DNA from: Plasmodiophora brassicae
Lineage: Eukaryota
Reading direction: 5' to 3'
Length of the DNA: 64,000 bases
Assembly: GCA_036867785.1 (NCBI GenBank)
Contig: CP145415.1
Location: 806,001-870,000, forward strand
The notes beneath the pieces are model-generated. The model did no database searches and was not told the DNA's origin. It saw only the letters and a program-made list of their open reading frames with translations. This document shows, in pieces, positions 45,407 through 60,796 of the stretch (positions are counted from its first letter, which is position 1; each line of letters begins with the position of its first letter). The position numbers and the translations under genes are program-made.

Positions 45407-48400
45407 TTATTCGTCGTCCCACGTCAACGTATCGGCCACTGTGCAAGCGCCTTGCCTGAATTTGTCCTGGGCGCCCAGCCCCATGCGGTCTGGGCGCATC
45501 CCCGTCTTCAGTTGGCCTCGTTTGGCCCTGGGGCTGCGTTGAACCGCCTGGGCGCCCGCCGCGAATGGCTGTGCATTTTCGCCGGAACTTGGCAGTGTTA
45601 ACGCATCGAAAGCGTGGCCTAAGGTTGAGGCAATGGTGGCCTGGCAGCTGGGACTTCTGGGATCTGATGCCGGATACGGCGATCTGGCGTACCGCTTCTT
45701 GGCACATACAAGGATCACCGTACACCAGATCGCCGCAACGACGAGAGCGAAGGTCGCTGCCAAGACGATGATGTAGCTGGCTGCGTTAACTCCTCGTCCT
45801 GCATCCGGCTGGTTCTCGTTTGTCGTCACATTTGTTCGGTGACGCAGGGACCTGCATGCGGTATGTCAGCGGCTATTAATTGTCTGAACACTGCCGGCCG
45901 TACTTTGCCATCGTCGTTGCGTTGGTGGTTCTGTTCTCTCGGTGATACGCAGACCTGCAACCGTCAGTAATTGTACCTTTACCGACTTCTAACCGCCCGT
46001 TTACCATGTCGATGACGCCGGAGGGGACACGCCCGCAGACGTGCTGAGAATCAGCAAACTACGATGCGGTGCGTTAATGTCATTGGCAGACGTTCTTCTC
46101 ATGGCGCCTGAACGTGGGCTAGAGTGTTTCAAACGAAACGCAGAACTGGGTCGACGTGTTGGGCTGTTAGTCCTCGCACTGGATGGCCTCGTGACAGCGC
46201 TAGGTGTCTTCCCCCGCATCGTCGATGGCGGGTGTTTCCTGACTGACGACGGCACCATACGCTTCGCTGATGATGTTGCCCGTTTCGTCGTCCTGAGCAC
46301 TGCGCGCGCGCTTGTCGTGACCGTTGCGCAAATTGGCACCTTCTTCGGGTTGTACTGCGATGCCAGTGCCGGTACTGGCGGCGGCAGCGGCACGCAGGCC
46401 ATGACGATCGGCGGCCTCATCGTCAAGTCGCTAAGATCGACCCGTCAGATCCGTGAAACCAGTCCCACACAGAACCGACGTACACTTGTTCCGTCAGCGA
46501 CGTCAAACGAGCGAATGCGTTTCGCGGCAGCGTTCGCAGCTTGTTCTGCGACAGCCTCCTGGGGGCAGGTAAACACGTTCAGGTTCCGCATGTGGAACGT
46601 CGATGACGACGACGATGGGGTACAGAATTGCCAGGTTCGCCGAACTGTCGAAACAGCCGTCCTGGATCAACGTGAGGACGTTGGACTGGAGGTTCAGGGA
46701 CTCCAGGTTTGTCAACGCGGCGAATGCGTCGCCCTGTACGGCCGCGATCTGGTTCGACGACAGGTCCCTGCACGACGGAACTGGGCATACGTGACGCCGA
46801 CCAGCAATGCCACGCCCGTACAACGCGGTCAGCATGGGCAGTGCATTGAAATATCCTGAAGGGATCGACGTGATCGCGTTCGATGAGGTGGACCTATAAG
46901 GGGTGGGACGGCGCGGTCAGCGTTGCACCTGGAGGCGGCATGCGGTCACGCCCCGACAGAGTTTGCAGCAGGGTGCACCCGAAGAGGTCGGGCAGCGTCA
47001 CGACCCGGTTCAGATTGAGGCTTCTGTTGACGACATCAGCACGGGCGCCACTGTACGCTTGGTCGTCAACAGACAAGATTGTGAGGGATGGTAGGGAGCC
47101 GAGTAATCCACTGGGTAGAGTAGCGAGACTCGTGTTGTCGAGGTTCCTAACGCCTCCACGTCAATGTCAACAGCCCTGACGCCTGGTCGCCTGGTCGCAC
47201 AGGTTGGTCAGCAGGTTGAGCGTAGAGAACGTCCCAAGCGGGATTGGGCTCAGCAGCTTGTTGTTCGACAGATCCCTGGGCGTGTAACCATGCCTTAATG
47301 TTGAGACCTGCAGTCGGTGTTCGGAACCCACAGTTCGGTCAACTGTGTCAGCGCCTGGAAGCAGCCGCTGGAAACGACCGTGATTTGGTTGGACCCAAGG
47401 TCTAGCGACTGAAGCCGGGTCAGCGCGTCGAACGCGCCGCTCTGGATAACTGAGATCCTGTTCGATGACAGCGTCCTGTACGCAGCCGGTCAGTGCATCG
47501 TGTTCGTTATCGACCAGTACGTCATCTCCTGATACAGTTGTGTCAGTGTGGGCACAGAATTGAAGTACCCTGAAGGAACGGATGTGACCGCGTTTGACCA
47601 GATCGTCCTGCGAACGACCGGGCGAGGTCAGCATCCCGAGAACCGCGGCAGGGCCTGGGGTTGCTAGTACAGGGTTTGTAGCTGGACGCATCCGGAGAGG
47701 TCTGGCAGCGCCACGAACGCGTTCTGGTTCAGCGACCTGATGGCTGACTCAGCAGAGCGACAGAGAGCGGACCCGATGCAAGCGTAGCTGACAGGATGGA
47801 CAGGGAAGACAGAGCGGCGAACAACCCGCTAGGCAGCACACTGAGACGGTTGCCTCCAAGGTTTCTATTCGTTCAGAGCTCAGTGCGCGCCAACTTGCAC
47901 TTGAGCCGGCAAGCCATGTACAGTATGGACAATGCTGACATTCGAGCGAACGTCGCACTTGGAATGGACGCCAAGCCGTTGCTGTCCAACCCCAGCAACG
48001 TTAACGATGTCATTGCCGAGAGTGTACCCGGCGGTAGTATGGACAGCCGGTTGTCGGATAGGTACCTGCCAGACAGACGCCTTCGTCAGGACGCATTCTC
48101 GGTGCATCGCCGAGCGGAACGTACAATTCGTTGATCCGGGACAGATGGTCCATCGCCCCCACCTCGATCATCGTGATGCTGTTAACGGACAGGTCGCTAT
48201 AGAGTATACGCCACTGAATCGGATTCGTTCTTGGTGGCGCATCACAGCAACGTACTTACATCGCACCAGTAAACGAGGTGAGGGTCGCGAAGGTGCCAGC
48301 GGCAATCCGGGTAATCATATTGTTGTTCAGATCCCTACCGACAACGTAAGCGGGGCGGCTGGTGCGGCTTCTCGACGACATCGCCACGTACACTTCGTAC

Positions 48401-48705
48401 AGGACCTGCAAGTACGTCGACGTGACGTAGAAAAGCGAGGCGTCGATTGACACGAGCCCCAGGTAACCGAAGTCCCTGCACAGGACAGTCATGTTCACAT
48501 GCTAGACCGACACGTGCGCGTTCGGGTTTCGCCCGGGCGGGAACAACCCACACACACACATTTTCCCATCGGGCGTACACGTGCCCGGGTACAGGTCACA
48601 GCCACAATGCCCTCGCAGGACGCACAGGCCCGAGTACGACGTCAGCGCCATGCAACAGGCCGCCGTCGAAACCATGAAGTAGCAAGCCGCGCCGAGCCTC
48701 GACAT
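45407..48705 (-). CDS. Type I membrane leucine-rich-repeat receptor-like protein, many exons
   Basis: Signal peptide, Cys-rich cap, many LxxLxLxxNxI repeats (e.g. DLSSNQIAAVQGDAFAALTNLESLNLQSN), Ser/Thr/Pro stalk, TM YIIVLAATFALVVAAIWCTVILV, short cytoplasmic tail. Confidence 0.85.
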
Positions 48706-48858
48706 GGCCAGATATCAATCAATCGTCTTGCATGATCCCGGGTACACCAGATCGCCGCCAGTGGCAACCCGTACAGGGCGTGCTGTCTCGATAGGAGATG
48801 TTGTACGCATAGGCGACTCGTCCCAGGCGGCGTGGCCCCAGCAGAGTCATAGAAGGCG

Positions 48859-50134
48859 ATGGCGGACGGTGACGCGTACGAGAGGCTGCTGGCCACCGTG
48901 TCCATCGTCGACAAACCCGACGACGCGGGCGAAGACGTCGACGAAGGCGCCGATGAGCGGGCGGTGAACCCAGGCGAGGACGTGGACCCGGCCGGGACGA
49001 GCGTTGTCATAGGGGAGCTCGTCGATGACGACGGCTTCAAGGTGATCGACGACGCCGTCCTTCGACTTCGTACAGCGATGCAGGTCCGCGTTCGGCGCCC
49101 CTGCAGACGTGGCGATAGCGCTAACTCGTCAGCGGTCAGGATCATTGCATCTCGTACAGGGAGGACATCCGTCGCCGCTACGAGGCATCGCTGGAGCGGG
49201 CCCAGGCGGAGCATTCCGTGGCGATGACGCGCGCCCAGGACCAGCTCGAGCAGGTGAAGGAGCGGCTCGCCGTCCTGGCCGACCAGCACGAGAAGGTCGT
49301 CGCCAGCGAGGCGCAGCACGCTCGCCTGCTGGGGCGTGTCGTCGGGAACTACGTACGTACCCATCAGCAAGCGGCGCCGCATGGTCCACTCAGCATTCGC
49401 CTACAGGCCGGGGCCTGTGCCATGCGTCGCGCCTTCAGCACATGGAAACGGGTCGCATCCCGCCATGCCGAGCTGGAACGGGTTCGTCGCGGGCACCTCA
49501 GCGCCCTTCGCGGGTTGGGCGCGCTAATGACAACCCTCTGATTTCAGTCGGTCGGCAAGTGGGTCGTCCCTGCCAACAAGCTGAAGCGTAAGCTGCGAGC
49601 GTTCTCCGCTTGGAACGCGGCTCTACGTGCTGTCAGCAAACAACAACGCGAGGTACGGGTCCAGGGTGCCCCCAACAGGCCCCCGGTTGTACCGACGCCC
49701 ATATCGCAGGACCTGTTCAAATCCCAGCTGGAGGCAATGTCGCGGACGCTCGTCTCCACCTACGAGGCGACGCTTCAGACGGTCTCGTCAGCAGCGTGAA
49801 TGCGCCCTCGTGACGTCCCAATTTCGGTGTTCGTTCAGATGCGGGCCAAGCTGGACGAGGCCGAGCGGCAGATCGCGCTCCACGTCCAGAACAAGGCGCG
49901 CGTCGAACGCGAAATGAAGCAAGCCTTCCTGCGTTCCGTCTGTACGTCCGCTGTTATGTCATCTCCCGAACCACACGCCCCTGTTCGTCTGCTGACGACC
50001 GGGTGGGTGGTTCCACAGCGGCCCTGAACCTCGAGGCCATGTCCATGCTGAACACGCGGATGGGCGACCCCGCAGACGCCCAGATCGAGCCGAGGTCGTC
50101 GGTGCCGACGCCAGCGACGAAGGGCGCACCCTAG
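48859..50134 (+). CDS. POC5: Centriolar protein POC5-like, multi-exon
   Basis: Coiled coil, Sfi1-like RAFSTW/RAFSAW centrin-binding repeats and C-terminal EREMKQAFLRSVC|ALNLEAMSML box. Confidence 0.85.
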
Positions 50135-50181
50135 ATAAACCCACAGCATACGCGTGTGTGTGTATTGCTGTGCTCGCGTGT

Positions 50182-51264
50182 CTACTTGCTGCCGCGCAGG
50201 TTGCCGAGGAAGGTCAGGAACCCCTTCTGCTGGTCGGCGATCAGGTCGGCCAGGCCCCCGAACTGCTCGTCGAACTCATGGGACAGGCCGCGAAGCGCCG
50301 TCTGCATCGGCTCCGCCGACATGGCGCTCGTCATGGCGGCCGTCCCCTCCGTTAGCAGGTTCGACAGGGGCGACGGCTCGGGTTCGGGAGCGACGACCGG
50401 AGCCGTCTCCTGCTGCGATCCGAACCAGCCGTCGAACCAGCCGCTCCAGAACGGGGGCACGTCGTCGTCAGCGTTGTAGTTGCGGTAGGCCAGGTACCCG
50501 ACGCCGGCGACGACGACAGTGGCGCCGGCGGCCGCGAACATGACGCGTTTACGCGGCAGGCGCTTGCGGACGTCGGCGGTGAAGGCGCCGGCCGTCGCCA
50601 GGGCCTTGCTGGCCTCGCCGGCGATCTCGTCGTACTCCTGGCGCGCGTTCGTCATCACGCGGTTCACCTCCGTCCGGGCCTCGTCGACCTGCTGGCCGAC
50701 CGCCGCCTTCTGCTCGGCGATGCCGTCCTCCAGCGCCTTCTTCTGCGCCATCGCCGCCTTCTTCATCTCGGCAGCCTTCGCCTCCATCTCCGCCTTCTTC
50801 TCAGCGGCCGCCTTCTTCATCCCGGCGGCTTTGGCTTCCATTTCCGCCTTCTTCTCCATGGCCGCCTTCTTCATGTCGGCCGCCTTGGCTTCCATTTCCG
50901 CCTTCTTCTCCATGCCCGCCTTCTTCATCTCGGCCGCCTTGGCTTCCATTTCCGCCTTCTTCTCCATGGCCACCTGCTTCGCCTCCTGCGCCTTCTTTTC
51001 CATGGCCGCCTTCTGCTCCAGGGCCGCCTGCTTCGCCTCGGCCGCTTTGGCCTCGGCGCCGGCCTTCTGCTGTTCGGCCTGCTTCTGGAGTTCGGCGGCC
51101 TTGCGCCGTGCCGCCTTCATCTGCTTCTTGGTCTGGTGCGTGGCCGTCTCGGCCATGGTCTGGCCCGCTTCGTTTGCGTCGGTGTCGCTCTCGACCGAAT
51201 CGGTCAGGTACCCGGACTCATCGACAGTGCGAGACGTTGTCATGGGTTCGAATCGGGCTGGCAT
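50182..51264 (-). CDS. Lys/Ala/Glu/Met-rich repeat (LEA-like) helical protein with one TM segment
   Basis: 18-aa tandem units MEKKAEMEAKAA(E/D/G)MKKA(A/G); TM VMFAAAGATVVVAGVGYLAY; single open frame. Confidence 0.8.
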   Translation of the reverse strand: MPARFEPMTTSRTVDESGYLTDSVESDTDANEAGQTMAETATHQTKKQMKAARRKAAELQKQAEQQKAGAEAKAAEAKQAALEQKAAMEKKAQEAKQVAMEKKAEMEAKAAEMKKAGMEKKAEMEAKAADMKKAAMEKKAEMEAKAAGMKKAAAEKKAEMEAKAAEMKKAAMAQKKALEDGIAEQKAAVGQQVDEARTEVNRVMTNARQEYDEIAGEASKALATAGAFTADVRKRLPRKRVMFAAAGATVVVAGVGYLAYRNYNADDDVPPFWSGWFDGWFGSQQETAPVVAPEPEPSPLSNLLTEGTAAMTSAMSAEPMQTALRGLSHEFDEQFGGLADLIADQQKGFLTFLGNLRGSK

Positions 51265-51654
51265 CGTTGTGTGTGTTGAAACGGTCACGATCTAGTGGTA
51301 CGTTGCTGTGCTTGTCGTTGGCGTTATTCGGTAACTTGGCAATTGGGAGTGCGGACACGTGTGCGGGAAGGCACGTGGACGCGGGTTCCGGTCTCGCCGC
51401 GCGTTCCGGGTGACGTCATGCCGATTAAGGCATAGCATTAATCGGTGCGGCCCAGATCTGCGAAGGACTCGAGCTGACCACGTATCACTGGGCCTCGGTG
51501 ACCCCCAGGGCGCCAGACGACGCCGGATTTTAGAGCGCAAATCAATAGAGGTCCTGACCAACAGGTTTGCAGTTACCTTGCCTCAGTTTGCACCTCTATT
51601 TTCCGATGTTGGCTCACGGAGTCCGTAGAGTCTGCAGCTCACTGCAGGTAAGCC

Positions 51655-52481
51655 CGGTGGACGCCAGGAGAAGTCGGACGAGTCGCCAAAGAGGAAACGT
51701 GGTCGGCCCGCGAAAGTAGACGAGACCAGTGAGACTGTATCGTGACGGGCAGATATGGTGGAAGTGCTTCTATCGTCCAAGGAGCAACTTCGCAGTTACT
51801 TCTTGGACGCCAAAAACAAGCAGCAGCTCACCAAGGGTTGGCAGCGACTGGCTGTCTTGTTTAACAACCAGCTGGACATGCGTGCGCAGCTCGACAAGAT
51901 CAACAGCAAATACCAGCAGGTTCTCGCCAGCTTGATTTTGTTCCCAAACTTTGTCGGAAAATCATCAGCGCCCGCTTTGGTTGAACGACGCTCACGAGGT
52001 GTCGTCGCGCAAGACGCAGTTGAAGCCGGTCGGTTGTTGCATGGGAGCTCGTCATTGTCGGTATGTCACGACCGTCGTCGGGTTCCTCGTGCAAGGCGTC
52101 ATGGGCCAGTCCTTGCTTCCCCTCGAAATGGGATACCAGAACATCCCGCCAATTGCTTAAGGTTGTTGCCCGTCTCGCGATCAGCAGCCTTCAACTTGTG
52201 ATACTGGGCGAGCACCTGCTGGTACTTGCTTTTGATCTTGCTGAGCGGCACATCCATGTCCATCTAGTTGTTAAACATGACAGCCAATCGCTGCCACCCC
52301 TTGCTGAGCTGCTGCTTGTTTTTGGCGTCCAAGAAGTACCTACGAAGTTGCTCCTTGGACGACAGAAGCACTTCCACCATATCTGCCCGCCACGATATAG
52401 TCTCACTGGTCTCGTCTCCTTCCGCGGGCCGACCACGTTTCCTCTTTGGTGTCTCGTCCGACTTCTCCATGGCGTCTACCC
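51655..52481. mobile_element. Head-to-head inverted pair of decayed AT-hook + Myb/SANT-like ORF fragments (PIF/Harbinger-ORF1-like, tentative)
   Basis: Arms ~51655-51929 (+) and ~52206-52481 (-) both encode PKRKRGRP..WRADMVEVLL..KQQL.KGWQRLAV.FN..KIxSKYQQV; left copy lost its ATG and has TGG->TGA, right copy has CAG->TAG. Confidence 0.7.
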
Positions 52482-52499
52482 CGGTCGTCCGCACGTTCA

Positions 52500-53170
52500 A
52501 GCGGCTACGTACACTGACTACGTCCTGGAGAGGACAATGCTGGCGGACGCCTTTGTCCTGTCCCTGCACCCAGCCTTGCGCGCCGCTACTGTTCCCCAGC
52601 AACCACGTACACTATCCGACGAGGTTACGCTGACGCACGGGCTGTCGTCTCATTTCCCATATCGGCCCCCTAATGCGTCGCGATATCGACGAGACAACCG
52701 TTGGCGGGACAGGAGGGACAGCGTTTTGTATTGATAATACATAACAGAAGTCCCCACAAGCCCTACGCCATCGATCAGTGGCCGTGGGACCAAGCTCACG
52801 CCAGAAGAGCGCGAACGTTGCCTACAACTCGGCCTGTGCCTAAACTGCCGAGCGCCGGGACACACGGTACACAGCTGCCCCCGCCGTCCTGCGTCCTCCA
52901 ACTGCGATCATCAGCAGGGAAACGGGCAACCGCGCGGCTGAACGCCTCGGTCGCTGCGCTCTCCGACAATACACGTACAATAGCAAACCCCGGCGCCTTA
53001 TCGTTCCATCCTGTCAGCGACCCCGAATCACCGCCCCTCATGTTCCTTCCATCCGCTCTCTCGTTATCTGACGACTGCGACACTCACGCTGTCTCGTGCC
53101 TCTTGGACAGCGGTTCGAGCCACACCTTCATCGATCGAACTGTTGCCCGTAGTGTGCTCCGGTAGGGCAC
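52500..53170 (+). mobile_element. Degenerate Ty3/Gypsy-like LTR retrotransposon gag-protease fragment
   Basis: KLTPEERERCLQLGLCLNCRAPGHTVHSCP (CX2CX4HX4C knuckle, ~52790-52885) followed by SCLLDSGSSHTFID (aspartic protease); stops and frameshifts; no RT/integrase seen. Confidence 0.85.
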
Positions 53171-53379
53171 GTCTTCGTGTGTGCTCTAGTTGCACTGCTC
53201 CACAATATACTTGCCAGGGTTCAGTCGGAGTGGATTGCACTCATCCCCTTGTCTGCATAACGTTCCGACCGTCCAGATTGGTCGGGGCTCACCTGCTCCA
53301 CCACAGGCCGAGGAGCTGCCCATTGCCGGTACATGGGACAGTCTGCAGATGAGGACAAGGCCACGGTCCTCACCCGGGA

Positions 53380-53710
53380 ACAAGCGTCACCATGGCGTCT
53401 GAAGTACTACTGCAAGGAGCTTGGAGTGTGCCGGGTCGTCTGCAATCCGCATGCATGAACAGCAGAGGCGCTACTGCAAGTTGTGTGCCGGAAGCGCCCT
53501 TGCAGGGACTGTAGTGGACGTCCATTCTGCGCGAATGACCGACTCGACCGTTTCTGCAAAGCGTACGGCGGAGACGCAATCTGTGTGCATAGGGCGCCCG
53601 TCTTCGAGCATGGTCGGCAGCCGTACGGCTGTAGAGACTGTAAAGGAACTGGCGTTGCTGTGGTCGATCGCTTCAAGCATACCTATTGCAAGGAGCGCAG
53701 TGGGAACCGA
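53380..53710 (+). pseudogene. Decayed tandem Cys/His repeat ORF (CxHxRxxxxCxxCxG-type zinc-ribbon repeats)
   Basis: Fragments in shifting frames: RLKYYCKE, QRRYCKLCAGSA, CRDCSGRPFC, DRFCKAYGGDAICVH, EHGRQPYGCRDCKG. Confidence 0.55.
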
Positions 53711-53751
53711 CAGAACATCGTCTAGACGAGACGCGCAGGCGTTATCTCTGG

Positions 53752-53834
53752 TACACCAGCAAAGAAGGAAGAGGACTGGCTACACCAGCAAAGAAGGAAG
53801 AGGACTGGCTACACCAGCAAAGAAGGAAGAGGAC
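53752..53834. repeat. 29-bp tandem repeat, ~2.9 perfect copies
   Basis: TACACCAGCAAAGAAGGAAGAGGACTGGC at 53752, 53781 and (partial) 53810. Confidence 0.95.
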
Positions 53835-53958
53835 AGCGCAGGCTAAGGCAGGCACGTGCACGAGAGGCATCCCAGGTACCGTTTGCAAATAAATGACCAT
53901 CCGCCATCATCTGTCGGAATGCACCGTACAACGACCAGGCTTTACTGGCTACCAGACG

Positions 53959-55028
53959 TCACTGCCTGATAGCACCCATGTTCGCGAGAAACTGAGAGAC
54001 GGCAGTGGCTCGGGCACGGTCGTTCTTGGCCGATTGGACAGCTTTAGCAGCCTTGTGGACGGCTGCCCTGCTGACGGTGACAGATGGTCGTGGCGTGATC
54101 GATTCCACGATCCGTCGGGCTTCGGATGGTGCGACCCCTGCCCGTACCAGGGCCAGCATCGCGTTCATGCGTTGAACGTGCTTGTCGGAGACCTGCTCAG
54201 CGACGTCCTGCCCGTTCAGCTTCCTGTTCATCCTCACGATCGTGGGCGGGCACTCGATGTTCTTCGTCGACGCGACCGGTATTGCAATGCTGACGGGCAT
54301 GAACGAGGTCGTGATCCGGGCCTGTCCTTTGATCTCGATTGGAAAGGTCGCCGTCGTCGCCTGGCACCGACCCATGACCAGCGTCAGGAAGTTGGACATC
54401 GCCTTGTCCATCTCCAGGAAATTCAGCACGATCCTGACGTTGACGGGCACCGACGTCGTCTGCTTCGCTGGGAACACGGTCCTGCCCAGGTGGACAGTCT
54501 GTGCGACGAACCCTGCGAAACCGTCATTACACACCACGTGGTACCGCTCGCCGGCCAACCTTTGTGCCCGATGACCATCGTCGCGGACGCAATCTCGAAC
54601 GCGAACTTGTTGCGATTGGTGATGCTCAGGGTACAGTCGGTGGAGAAGCTGGCGTTGCCGGCCGTGGCCTGGAAGTCGCGAGACCGACACTCCATTGTGA
54701 TCGGCGGATGCAAATCCGGGAAGTAGACGGCTACGAGGATCCCAACGACAGCAAGGACGAGGAACAGGATCAAGGAGATCCAGCAGCACGCCTGGCAGCA
54801 TCGCGATCGGTGCCTGCACACCATCCTGGACAGCAGCGGCATTCGATCATCGGTCATCACGACGTCACCTTCAGACAACGTTCCTGTCGGTTCATCCTTC
54901 TGGTCATCTCCGGACAAGGGACCCGTCGGCCCATTTGCCACTATCGATGCCTCGGTCTGTTCGTCCGTGTCGCAGACGCCCGCCGGGTTGGCTGTTGCTA
55001 CTGCTGCGGCAACGTCCTCCTCGTCCAT
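53959..55028 (-). CDS. LEA_2 (NDR1/HIN1/LEA14-like) domain membrane protein (2 exons)
   Basis: Acidic N-terminus, CCQACCW then TM, P, TLSITNRNKFAFEI (NPN-like motif), FPAKQTTSVPVNV. Confidence 0.7.
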
Positions 55029-55175
55029 GCTGTTCTGGGAGGACGTAATGAGAGATCAGTGCCAGAATTGATCTGGATCGGTGCGCGACATCAGTCAAAG
55101 GTCAAACGCGATGCCCGGCTAGACCGAGCGATCCGGCAGCCTGATGTATTGTTGATGGTGTGTACAGGAGGATAT

Positions 55176-59286
<4,111 letters not shown>

Positions 59287-59575
59287 TGTCGAACGTAAAA
59301 CACGGACTGCGTCCGGTACACTGACCTTCGGAGGACGTCTGTGAATCGGCCACAGAAAAAATTATCGCCAGTGGGCGCCCAGCACCCGCACCGGATCATG
59401 TAACGCCCATGTCAGCAGGTTGTAACACTGAACCAGTCGCGTTCGCGTAAATTCGCACACAATTAAATATGCAGTTCGTGACAGGGGTCGGCTTGATCGC
59501 CTGAATCAGACTGCACGATCAGGCGGCGGTCGAGTCAGAAAAGTCCGTGCGTGTCGATAGGCAGTTGTTGTGACG

Positions 59576-60449
59576 ATGGAGCAATCGTTGGCCGAAGCGT
59601 TCGAGCATGTCGAGGGGATCGGCAGCGAGATTGCCTTCCTTGAAGGCGTGTTTGAATTCCTGGCGAAGAAGCGTCCTGGGTTCATGCGGTCGAGCAGTGC
59701 GGTTGGCCATGTGACGAAGATCGCGCGGAAGTGGGCCGACCAGGCCAACAAGCAGCAGGCAGCGCAAGCGCCGCCTGTTGTGCCGGCACCAAAACAGATG
59801 GAGTCGACAAGCGAATTGCCACAAGAGCCTGAGCAGGAGCGTTCCGAAGAGGCGGAACCTGAAGCGCGGCCGCCTCCACCGGTGGGGAACGGTGGCACGA
59901 CCGACAAGTATTGTTGCCATGCTACGAAACGTCGCCTTATCTGACTCGATTTCTAGGTACACGTGGACGCAAACGTTGTCGGAGGTGACGATAATGGTCC
60001 CGATTCCGGCGACGGCAACGTCGAAATCGATTCGATGCCAGATTTCGGCGACGCGAATGAAACTGGCCCTGGCCGATTCGCCCACGCCTCTGCTGGATGG
60101 GCAATTCCCACAGCGAGTCGTTGGCGAAGACAGCACGTGGACGATTGAGACCGATCGTGCCGGCAAGAAGACCCTCACTATTTACCTGCCGAAGGTCAAC
60201 CAAATGAGCTGGTGGGACTGCATCCTAGAAGGCGAACCGAAGATCGACACGAAAGCGATCGTGCCCGAGAACTCGAAATTGCAGGACCTGGACGGCGAGA
60301 CCCGCGCAACCGTCGAGAAGATGATGTACGATCAGCGCCAGAAGGCGATGGGTCTGCCTACGAGCGAAGACCAGCAGAAACAAGAGATGCTGCAGAAGTT
60401 CATGAAGGCGCACCCCGAAATGGACTTCTCCAATGTCAAGATCAACTGA
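59576..60449 (+). CDS. NUDC: Nuclear migration protein NudC (CS/p23 domain co-chaperone), 2 exons
   Basis: GNGGTTDK|YTWTQTLSEV..WWDCILEGEPKID..DLDGETRATVEKMMYDQRQKAMGLPTS..KFMKAHPEMDFS. Confidence 0.96.
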
Positions 60450-60796
60450 TTTCTGCAATGCCTGGTTAAAAATCTATCTCGCATCATGTCTGCCTTAAAG
60501 TACAGCAAGTCAGCTTGCTTCATAGAATTATAGTCCAGAATGGCATGCAAGAGGGGAACATTTCAGTTGGACCTCATCGTGCTTGCTGAGCACGAATCGA
60601 TGACAAATTCGATCGCGCAGCAGCTGAGGAATGCACAGAGATCCTCTCGGGTGATGCACTGCCAGGCGCCCGCAGACCTAGCACGTTCCGATTTGCGAGG
60701 GTCTCACGCCAAGTGGGCACAGAGTTGGCCACAGCGGGCTACCGAAAATGGAGGGCGGCTTCAAGCTTACGTTGAACGAAAGGATAGGTCCTCAGT

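Noticed and set aside
50519-51295. 258-aa plus-strand Ala/Phe/Ser-rich ORF
   Set aside because: Antisense shadow of the K/A/E/M repeat gene; its codons lack stops on the opposite strand
53752-53834. 29-bp repeats as a CRISPR array
   Set aside because: Head-to-tail copies with no spacers, eukaryotic context, no cas genes
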